Source: Eubacteriales bacterium (GTDB taxonomy: Bacteria; Bacillota; Clostridia; Oscillospirales; CAG-382). Taken from it: a DNA stretch of 64,000 nucleotides. The notes beneath the pieces were generated by a model, which saw only the letters and a program-made list of their open reading frames with translations, did not search any database and was not told the DNA's origin. Every line of letters starts with the position of its first letter. Position 1 is the stretch's first letter. The stretch covers positions 72,880 to 136,879 of the forward strand of contig JAZNPH010000050.1 in assembly GCA_045589515.1 (NCBI GenBank). Reading direction: 5' to 3'. The translations under genes and the position numbers were made by a program. Below, in pieces: positions 20,095 through 26,483 of the stretch.

Positions 20095-20108
20095 TTGTTA
20101 ACAATTGT
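20095..20108. promoter_or_regulatory. conserved overlapping palindromes TTGTTAACAATTGT upstream of cassette promoter 1 (candidate operator)
   Basis: TTGTTAACAA and ACAATTGT are each perfect palindromes. The identical 18-mer GTTTTGTTAACAATTGTA recurs at 21923-21940. Confidence 0.4.
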
Positions 20109-20126
20109 ATTTTTTCATGGTCGCAG

Positions 20127-20155
20127 TTGACATTGTTTTGGGTTTATGGTATAGT
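20127..20155 (+). promoter_or_regulatory. near-consensus sigma-A promoter P1 of cassette 1
   Basis: TTGACA, 17 nt spacer, TATAGT. About 65 nt around it are almost identical to 21960-22020. Confidence 0.6.
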
Positions 20156-20178
20156 GAAACCATAAGGAGGGGAGTCCA

Positions 20179-20217
20179 ATGGCTCATATTTTCGTTTTTT
20201 CATCGGTTACATTGTAA
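20179..20217 (+). promoter_or_regulatory. candidate leader mini-ORF 1 (MAHIFVFSSVTL)
   Basis: AAGGAGG SD (20164-20170), 8 nt, ATG, 12 codons, TAA. It lies about 65 nt upstream of the cassette-1 gene. Confidence 0.35.
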
Positions 20218-20284
20218 ACGACTGCTCGGAAAGGAGCTTCGATCTGCAGATCGGGTAACGCATCTGTCGGATCGTGAGAATCGT

Positions 20285-20707
20285 ATGAAAAAGAGAAACA
20301 TTGTTATCCTGCTTGGCTATTCGGTTCATTTGATCTTTGCTTTGACAATGTGGATTGCCGATATTTATATGGATGGTTGGTATTGGCCGAGAAATGGCCT
20401 TGTCTTGATTTTGGCTTATGCTATGTCATTGCCTTTTGTTACCGGCATCCTGTCTTTGCTGGACTTCGGAGCCTCGTTCCTGCCTTCCATGCGCTATGGC
20501 ACCGTTTGGCGCTGCTTGTTCGGAAGCTTTGGAATGTTGACGCTTTTGCTTTACGCCGACGCCTTTTGGTGGCACCCGCTGACGGAGTTCCACACCCACG
20601 TGGGAGTTGTCTTGACCCTTGCTATCTGGGTCTGCTGGATCGTTCGCTTCGTGAGCGATCGCCGCAAAAATTGCAACCAAACGGTTGCGGAGGGAGTAAT
20701 ACAATGA
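20285..20707 (+). CDS. 4-TM membrane protein, unknown function (cassette 1 cargo)
   Basis: 140 aa starting MKKRNIVILLGY. Hydrophobic segments and Trp-rich. Visibly AT-richer than the flanks. Confidence 0.6.
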   Translation: MKKRNIVILLGYSVHLIFALTMWIADIYMDGWYWPRNGLVLILAYAMSLPFVTGILSLLDFGASFLPSMRYGTVWRCLFGSFGMLTLLLYADAFWWHPLTEFHTHVGVVLTLAIWVCWIVRFVSDRRKNCNQTVAEGVIQ

Positions 20708-21657
20708 AGAAAAGAATATTTTCACTTTGCCTGTGCTTGGCAATAATGCTGGCATTGGGTTTAACTACAGTGGGCGCAGCAACTTCCGAAGAAATGGTGT
20801 ATGCCTCCGAGGATGTTCGGGAGACTTTGTACGCCGCGACGCAGGAGGAATCCTTTGATTGCTTTAATATTCTGGAACTGTATGGTTGGAAGATCGTAAA
20901 GGAGTCCATTACGGTGGTGTATACCATTGATATGGAAGAATTGGCGGATAACGGCAAATTGGTTGTGGAGCCTGGGTTTGACGAAGATACAGATGACGGA
21001 AGAGTATACATCGCTAAGCTCGTTGATGAAGAGGGTGAATACGTCGGTAATCTCGGCCTTAAAATCGAAGATGGGATTGCCTTCGGGCACTTTTATGACG
21101 GTACCCCTGAGACGCAAGCTCAAAACGGGAAATACCGTGCCTCCAGCAGTTACGCAGACCACGCTGTCAGAATTCAAAATATGCTGAAAACATCGGATTT
21201 TGTTTCGGTTTATGACGTGAAATACATACAGGTATCCCGTGTCGGTTGGTTCTTTTATATTGAAAATCAAGACGAGCCTGTTATGATTCCGGTTGGTTAT
21301 GTGAACGTTGAACCGTCGGACAACACAGAAAATTGGTGGACGGTTGAGAAACTGAAAGAACAGGTTGGCATCATCGTAGAGTGGAAGCGAGAGCAGAAGG
21401 CGTTCAAAGAAGCGTGGGAAGCGGAACACCCCGGAGAGGCGTTCAGTTATGCGATAGGAGGGCCGTCGGTTACCACTGCCGGCGGCGGTTGCGGCCCTAT
21501 CGATAATATCCTGAATATTGATGAATACTTAGGCATCGGCAATGAATCGCAATACAAATTGCCTTTGATCTGCGGCGCATTGGCTGTGATCGTTCTTTTG
21601 GCAACCGGAGCGGGGCTGTATTACCGCAAGTGCCGAAAAAGTAAATTGAGCTCATAA
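20704..21657 (+). CDS. secreted, C-terminally membrane-anchored protein, unknown function (cassette 1 cargo)
   Basis: ATGA-coupled. Signal peptide MKKRIFSLCLCLAIMLALGLTTVGAA and C-terminal TM LICGALAVIVLLATGAGLYY followed by RKCRK. Confidence 0.65.
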   Translation: MKKRIFSLCLCLAIMLALGLTTVGAATSEEMVYASEDVRETLYAATQEESFDCFNILELYGWKIVKESITVVYTIDMEELADNGKLVVEPGFDEDTDDGRVYIAKLVDEEGEYVGNLGLKIEDGIAFGHFYDGTPETQAQNGKYRASSSYADHAVRIQNMLKTSDFVSVYDVKYIQVSRVGWFFYIENQDEPVMIPVGYVNVEPSDNTENWWTVEKLKEQVGIIVEWKREQKAFKEAWEAEHPGEAFSYAIGGPSVTTAGGGCGPIDNILNIDEYLGIGNESQYKLPLICGALAVIVLLATGAGLYYRKCRKSKLSS

Positions 21658-21664
21658 AGCATTA

Positions 21665-21692
21665 AAACCACCGAGTTGCCTCGGTGGTTTTT
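21665..21692. terminator. bidirectional terminator at the end of cassette 1
   Basis: ACCACCGAG-TTGC-CTCGGTGGT, flanked by AAAA on one side and TTTT on the other. Confidence 0.6.
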
Positions 21693-21696
21693 CGTC

Positions 21697-21805
21697 TCAA
21701 AACTCCCCTAACAGTTTATACACGGTGCAGATGGGCAGACCCACGATGGAGAAGTAGTCCCCCTGGATCTTTTCCACCAGGATGCACCCCTTGCCCTGAA
21801 TGCCG
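21697..21805 (-). pseudogene. maf 3' fragment (last 36 codons plus stop)
   Basis: 105/109 nt identical to 22482-22590. It encodes [35 protein letters not shown]. There is no 5' part. Confidence 0.85.
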
Positions 21806-21873
21806 CAGGGGACACCCCCATGGAGTCCATCGCATACTCCGCAACCTATATGAACACCCTTTTGGGAAGATAA
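21805..21873 (+). pseudogene. 3' fragment of the sugar phosphate isomerase gene (last 22 codons plus stop)
   Basis: 69/69 nt identical to 19981-20049. It is joined to the maf fragment through the shared TGCCG (21801-21805). Confidence 0.85.
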
Positions 21874-21881
21874 AACAGCAA

Positions 21882-21912
21882 GACTCCGCCTAACAAGCGG
21901 AGTCTTTGTTTG
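21882..21912 (+). terminator. terminator copy after the isomerase fragment
   Basis: GACTCCGC-CTAACAA-GCGGAGTC followed by TTTGTTTG. It differs from the 20058 copy by compensatory stem changes. Confidence 0.5.
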
Positions 21913-21926
21913 TGGGGAAGACTGTT

Positions 21927-21940
21927 TTGTTAACAATTGT
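21927..21940. promoter_or_regulatory. second copy of the TTGTTAACAATTGT palindrome
   Basis: Same sequence and a similar distance (19-20 nt versus 18-19 nt) to the -35 as in copy 1. Confidence 0.4.
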
Positions 21941-21959
21941 AAAGTTTTCATCCCCGCCG

Positions 21960-21988
21960 TTGACATTATTTTGGGTTTATGGTATAGT
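21960..21988 (+). promoter_or_regulatory. near-consensus sigma-A promoter P2 of cassette 2
   Basis: TTGACA, 17 nt spacer, TATAGT. Confidence 0.6.
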
Positions 21989-22011
21989 AAAATCGTAGGG
22001 AGGGGAGTCCA

Positions 22012-22035
22012 ATGGATCATGCATCTGCTTTATAA
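22012..22035 (+). promoter_or_regulatory. candidate leader mini-ORF 2 (MDHASAL)
   Basis: AGGGAGG SD, 8 nt, ATG, 7 codons, TAA. The first three codons are conserved with mini-ORF 1 (ATG GMT CAT). Confidence 0.3.
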
Positions 22036-22105
22036 AGTAAAAATGGTCCTTGTTGCAATCACGATGCGTTGGCGGCATCGGAGCAATATATAGGAAGGAG
22101 CTATT

Positions 22106-22441
22106 ATGTTTATCCTTGAATTCCTTTTTAATGAGCCCATACTTGCATTTGTGGTGGGATCTCTTTTGGCAATTGCTGTTTATAAAATGCAATTGCTTCT
22201 GTGCCGAAAGGTGAAACACCTGCAGATCAAGCTGGTTCCGCTGTATCTCTTTCTGGCACTGTTTGTTTTTCTCGCATTGCTGTACGTGGGCGTTTTCACC
22301 GGTCGATCCGAGGGGTTGGCAAACGTGAATGAACTCGTTGCGTTCATCTTGGCTATTGCATTCGGGATCCCTTTTATAGGCGTTTGCGCCGCTTGGGTGG
22401 TTCATTGGAGAGCAATGCAACAAGCACAAGTCAACTCATAA
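22106..22441 (+). CDS. 3-TM small membrane protein, unknown function (cassette 2 cargo)
   Basis: 111 aa. AGGAAGGAG SD. AT-richer than the flanks. Confidence 0.6.
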   Translation: MFILEFLFNEPILAFVVGSLLAIAVYKMQLLLCRKVKHLQIKLVPLYLFLALFVFLALLYVGVFTGRSEGLANVNELVAFILAIAFGIPFIGVCAAWVVHWRAMQQAQVNS

Positions 22442-22443
22442 AA

Positions 22444-22483
22444 ATCCCCCCGCTGAGGAAAAACTCGGCGGGGGATTTTTTTC
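22444..22483. terminator. bidirectional terminator shared by cassette 2 and maf
   Basis: ATCCCCCCGCTGAG / CTCGGCGGGGGAT stem followed by TTTTTTT. Confidence 0.6.
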
Positions 22484-23042
22484 AAAACTCTTCTAACAGT
22501 TTATACACGGTGCAGATGGGTAGACCCACGATGGAGAAGTAGTCCCCCTGGATCTTTTCCACCAGGATACACCCCTTGCCCTGAATGCCGTAGGCGCCCG
22601 CCTTGTCGTCGCATTCTCCCGTGGCAACGTAGGCATCGATCAGTTCTTCGGAAAGCTTTCGGAAGGTGACCCGGGAGACGGAGACCTCCCCCTTGACCGT
22701 CTTGCCGTCGGTGATGCACACCCCCGTCAACACCCGATGGGTCTTCCCGGAAAGGAAGCGTAGCATCTCTGCGGCGTGGGCACGGTTCTTGGGCTTGCCC
22801 AGCTTTTCGCCGCCGTATTCCACCAAGGTGTCTGCTCCCAGTACCACCCGGCCGGGGAAGCGGGAGGATACCTCCAAAGCCTTGGCGCGGGCGTTTGCCA
22901 AAACCACTTCCTCCACGGAAAGCCCCGCAGGGCAGATCTCCTCCCCAAAGGAAGGCACCACCTCAAAGGGGATTCCTGCGGTCTCCAAGATCTCTCTCCG
23001 CCGCGGGGAGGCGGAAGCCAAAAGGATAGGTTCCTTGATCAT
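22482..23042 (-). CDS. maf: Maf-family nucleoside triphosphate pyrophosphatase
   Basis: ILLASASPRRREIL N-terminus, 186 aa. Confidence 0.92.
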   Translation of the reverse strand: MIKEPILLASASPRRREILETAGIPFEVVPSFGEEICPAGLSVEEVVLANARAKALEVSSRFPGRVVLGADTLVEYGGEKLGKPKNRAHAAEMLRFLSGKTHRVLTGVCITDGKTVKGEVSVSRVTFRKLSEELIDAYVATGECDDKAGAYGIQGKGCILVEKIQGDYFSIVGLPICTVYKLLEEF

Positions 23043-23085
23043 ACGAAAAACTCCCTTTTTCTACTGAAAAAATATGGATTAGCTA

Positions 23086-23114
23086 TTGCAAAAACCTTCT
23101 GATTCTATTATAAT
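23086..23114 (+). promoter_or_regulatory. sigma-A promoter for proBA
   Basis: TTGCAA, 17 nt spacer, TATAAT. Confidence 0.5.
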
Positions 23115-23151
23115 ACCATTAAAGCAAAATAGCAAGAAGAAAGTTTAGCAT

Positions 23152-23946
23152 ATGAAGATAAAAACGGAACATTTTAACCGTATCGTAGTGAAGGTGGGCA
23201 CCTCCACCCTGACCCACGAGGGCGGCAATATGAATTTGCGGAAGATCGAGAAGCTGGTGAGATGCCTTGCGGACATCAAGAATACCGGGAAGCAGGTGAT
23301 CCTGGTTTCCTCGGGTGCGGTGGGGTGCGGCCTTTCCAAGCTCCATTTCGACAGGGAGACCTTGACCTTACAGCAAAAGCAGGCGGCGGCCTCCGTGGGG
23401 CAGTGCGACCTCATCGGTATGTATTCCCGTGAGTTTGCCCAGTACGGCCACGTGGTGGCACAGCTGCTTCTGACCAAGGACGTGGTGGACAGCGAGATCC
23501 GCTACGCCAATGCAAAAAATACCCTAGAGACTCTTTTGGAGGCGGGGGTGATCCCCATCGTCAACGAGAACGACACCGTCTCCGGGGAGCAGATCCGCTT
23601 CGGAAGTAACGATACCCTGGCGGCTGTGGTAGCACTTCTTTCCGATGCCGACCTGCTGGTCAATATGTCGGATATCGACGGTCTTTATACCGCTGACCCT
23701 CGCAAGGATCCTACCGCCACCCGCATCGATTGCGTTCCCGAGATCACGCCCGAGATCGAAGCGGCGGCAGGGGGTGCAGGCTCTGCCCGCGGTACAGGCG
23801 GTATGGTGGCAAAGCTCCAAAGCGCCCGTACGGTGACGGAGGCGGGGATTCCTATGATCATCTGCAACGGCGACGATCCCGCCATGCTGTACGCCATTCT
23901 GGACGGTACCTTCATCGGCACTTATTTTGAAGCGAAAGGAATTTGA
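23152..23946 (+). CDS. proB: glutamate 5-kinase (short form without PUA domain)
   Basis: IVVKVGTSTLT, VILVSSGAV, and NENDTV..E..FGSNDTLAA. Confidence 0.92.
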   Translation: MKIKTEHFNRIVVKVGTSTLTHEGGNMNLRKIEKLVRCLADIKNTGKQVILVSSGAVGCGLSKLHFDRETLTLQQKQAAASVGQCDLIGMYSREFAQYGHVVAQLLLTKDVVDSEIRYANAKNTLETLLEAGVIPIVNENDTVSGEQIRFGSNDTLAAVVALLSDADLLVNMSDIDGLYTADPRKDPTATRIDCVPEITPEIEAAAGGAGSARGTGGMVAKLQSARTVTEAGIPMIICNGDDPAMLYAILDGTFIGTYFEAKGI

Positions 23947-25184
23947 GTATGACCATTCGTGAGATCTGCCTGCGGGGCAGGGAAGCCATCCCCGCGTTAC
24001 AAGCGTCCTCGGGGCAACAGCGGAACGACGCCTTGCTTGCCATGGAAAGGCTGCTTTTGCGGGACGTGGATACTATTTTGGAAGCCAATCAAAAAGACTT
24101 GGCACACGCCTCGGAAAACGGCGTTCCCACCCAAATGCTGGACCGTCTTAAGCTGACGGAGGCCCGCCTGCAGGCCATCGCCTCCGCATTACGGGAGGTC
24201 GCCGCCCTTCCCGACCCCTTGGGGTTGGGCGAGGAATGGGTGCGCCCCAACGGACTTACCGTCCGCCGTCTCACCGTGCCCATCGGGCTGATCGCCATGA
24301 TCTACGAGGCGCGTCCCAACGTGACGGCGGATGCCGCCGCTTTGGCGGTGAAATCCGGCAACTGCGTGGTTCTGAGGGGCGGTAAGGAAGCCTTCCACAC
24401 CAACTGCGCCATGGTGAATTCCCTGCGGGAGGCCATGACCTCCGTGGGTCTGCCTGCCGACTGTATCACCATGCCCGAGGATCCCTCCCGTGAGACCGCA
24501 ACTCAGCTGATGCAGCTGCGGGGGATCGTGGATCTGCTGATCCCCAGAGGGGGCAAGGGGTTGATCCGCTCCGTGGTGGACAACGCCACCGTGCCCGTCA
24601 TCGAGACGGGGGCGGGGAACTGCCACGTCTTCGTGGATGCAAGTGCCGATATGGACATGGCCCTTTCCGTTGTTGACAACGCCAAACGGCAAAGACCCTC
24701 GGTGTGCAACGCCGCAGAGGGACTTTTGGTGCATCGCGACATTGCAAAGACCTTCCTGCCCCTGGTGAAAGCCCGCCTTGCCGACGTGGAGCTGCGGGGG
24801 TGCGGGGAGACCTGCGCCATCCTGCCCGATTGCGTTCCCGCGGCAGAGGAGGAGTTCTACAAGGAATACAACGACCTCATCCTCCACGTGAAGGTGGTGG
24901 GTGACGTAGAGGAGGCCATCGCCTTCATCAACGCCCACAACACCGGGCATTCCGAGGCTATTCTCACGGAAAGCCTTACCAACGCACAAAAATTCACCGC
25001 AGGCATCGATGCCGCGGCGGTATACGTCAACGCCTCCACCCGCTTTACCGACGGCGGGGAGTTCGGCTTTGGAGCGGAGATCGGCATCTCCACCCAGAAA
25101 ATGCACGCCAGAGGCCCCATGGGGCTTTCCGCTCTCACCACGGTGAAGTACGTGGTCTGGGGGAACGGACAGATCCGCGGGTAA
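23943..25184 (+). CDS. proA: glutamate-5-semialdehyde dehydrogenase
   Basis: Overlaps the proB stop. The start is TTG 23943 or ATG 23949. VIYEARPNVT-like IYEARPNV motif and CNAAE active-site region. Confidence 0.92.
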   Translation: MSMTIREICLRGREAIPALQASSGQQRNDALLAMERLLLRDVDTILEANQKDLAHASENGVPTQMLDRLKLTEARLQAIASALREVAALPDPLGLGEEWVRPNGLTVRRLTVPIGLIAMIYEARPNVTADAAALAVKSGNCVVLRGGKEAFHTNCAMVNSLREAMTSVGLPADCITMPEDPSRETATQLMQLRGIVDLLIPRGGKGLIRSVVDNATVPVIETGAGNCHVFVDASADMDMALSVVDNAKRQRPSVCNAAEGLLVHRDIAKTFLPLVKARLADVELRGCGETCAILPDCVPAAEEEFYKEYNDLILHVKVVGDVEEAIAFINAHNTGHSEAILTESLTNAQKFTAGIDAAAVYVNASTRFTDGGEFGFGAEIGISTQKMHARGPMGLSALTTVKYVVWGNGQIRG

Positions 25185-25228
25185 TATTGGACAACCACCC
25201 TCACATACCATTGTGAGGGTGATCGTTC

Positions 25229-25918
25229 ATGTTGCAAACCGTTTTAACCGTTCTTTCCCGCTTCCTTGGGCTGTTCCTTCGTGCGTCGGGGACGAATTCT
25301 TTCCCCCCGCCCCTTTCCAAGGCCAAGGAAAAGGAGCTGTTCCTCAAAGCCAGGGCAGGGGATATGACTGCCCGCAATACCCTCATCGAGCACAACCTCC
25401 GCCTGGTGGCTCACATCGTGAAAAAATACTACCTTTCTCATCGGGAGCAGGAGGATCTCCTTTCCGTGGGGACGGTGGGGCTGATCAAAGCCATCGACAG
25501 CTACGACGTGGAAAACGGGGCAAGGTTTGCCACCTACGCGGGGAAATGCCTGCAAAACGAGATCTTAATGTACTTCCGTGCCCAGAAGAAGCACGCTATG
25601 GAGACCTCCATCAACGAGCCTGTGGACGTGGACAAAGAGGGGAATCCCCTCACCTATCTGGACATTCTTTCCGACGACGAGGATATCGTGGAGACCTTGG
25701 ACACCAAGATCAAGCACTCCAAGGTGTACCGCGCCGTGCGGGAGGTTCTGGACGAACGGGAAAGAGCTGTGATCGTTTTGCGCTACGGCCTGACCGAAAG
25801 CGGCAGGGTGTACGCCCAGCGGGAGGTGGCACAGCGTATGGGGATCTCCCGCTCCTACGTGTCCAGAATCGAAAAAGCGGCTCTTGAAAAGATCAAAAAA
25901 TACCTGGGAAGTCCATAA
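25229..25918 (+). CDS. sigK: sporulation sigma factor SigK, uninterrupted, with an approximately 20-aa pro-sequence
   Basis: SFPPPLS after the pro-peptide, LIEHNLRLVAHIVKKY, and ISRSYVSRIEK, all as in Bacillus pro-sigma-K. GAGGGTGA SD. Confidence 0.88.
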   Translation: MLQTVLTVLSRFLGLFLRASGTNSFPPPLSKAKEKELFLKARAGDMTARNTLIEHNLRLVAHIVKKYYLSHREQEDLLSVGTVGLIKAIDSYDVENGARFATYAGKCLQNEILMYFRAQKKHAMETSINEPVDVDKEGNPLTYLDILSDDEDIVETLDTKIKHSKVYRAVREVLDERERAVIVLRYGLTESGRVYAQREVAQRMGISRSYVSRIEKAALEKIKKYLGSP

Positions 25919-25923
25919 AAGAC

Positions 25924-25952
25924 TTGCCAAAACGGAATTTATATAGTATAAT
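25924..25952 (+). promoter_or_regulatory. sigma-A promoter for the COG2426 gene
   Basis: TTGCCA, 17 nt spacer, TATAAT. Confidence 0.5.
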
Positions 25953-25987
25953 GGGGATGTAAAAAACAAGGAGACCAATCTGCTTTC

Positions 25988-26446
25988 ATGAATTATCTGA
26001 TCACGTTTCTTATCAGCATGCTCCCCATCGTGGAGCTGAGAGGTGCAATCCCCTACGGCATCGGCTTCGGGCTGGATATCCTGCCCGTGATCCTGATCTC
26101 CGTGGTGGGCAATCTGCTTCCTATCCCTTTCCTGATCCTGTTCGGCGGCAAGGTGCTGAATTGGTTCGCGAAATTTCCCAAGCTTGGCAAGCCCTTCCGC
26201 AAGATCCTGGAAATCGGCGAAAAGAAGGTGGCTAAGATGCATAAGACCCTGTTCTGGGGCTTGTTCCTTTTCGTGGCGATTCCTCTCCCCGGTACCGGGG
26301 CATGGACGGGTGCCTTGATCTCCATTCTGCTGGGGTTGAAGCTGCGTAAATGCTTCCCTCCCATCGCCTTGGGTGTTTTGACGGCGGGTGCGATTATGCT
26401 TACCCTGTCCCTCACCGCAAAGGGATTGTTCGAAGCGCTTATTTAA
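25988..26446 (+). CDS. small multidrug-export-like membrane protein (COG2426 family)
   Basis: MLPIVELRGAIPYG signature, 152 aa, 4 TM. Confidence 0.7.
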   Translation: MNYLITFLISMLPIVELRGAIPYGIGFGLDILPVILISVVGNLLPIPFLILFGGKVLNWFAKFPKLGKPFRKILEIGEKKVAKMHKTLFWGLFLFVAIPLPGTGAWTGALISILLGLKLRKCFPPIALGVLTAGAIMLTLSLTAKGLFEALI

Positions 26447-26483
26447 GTCAAAAAATACACATATCATAAAGAGGTAAAAAACT

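Noticed and set aside
21684-22020. ORFs 21684-21893 (+, 69 aa) and 21697-22020 (-, 107 aa) across the cassette junction.
   Set aside because: Both are chimeras created by the maf'/isomerase' join. The minus-strand ORF keeps only the last 36 residues of Maf and otherwise reads antisense through promoter P2. No SD is present. I treat them as junction by-products, not genes.
25184-25212. A SigE-like promoter for sigK: AATATT, 15 nt, CATACCAT.
   Set aside because: The -10-like element ends only about 17 nt before the ATG. That places the SD (GAGGGTGA, 25214-25221) at or upstream of any transcription start, so the geometry is impossible. The same bases form the hairpin CCCTCACA/TGTGAGGG after proA.
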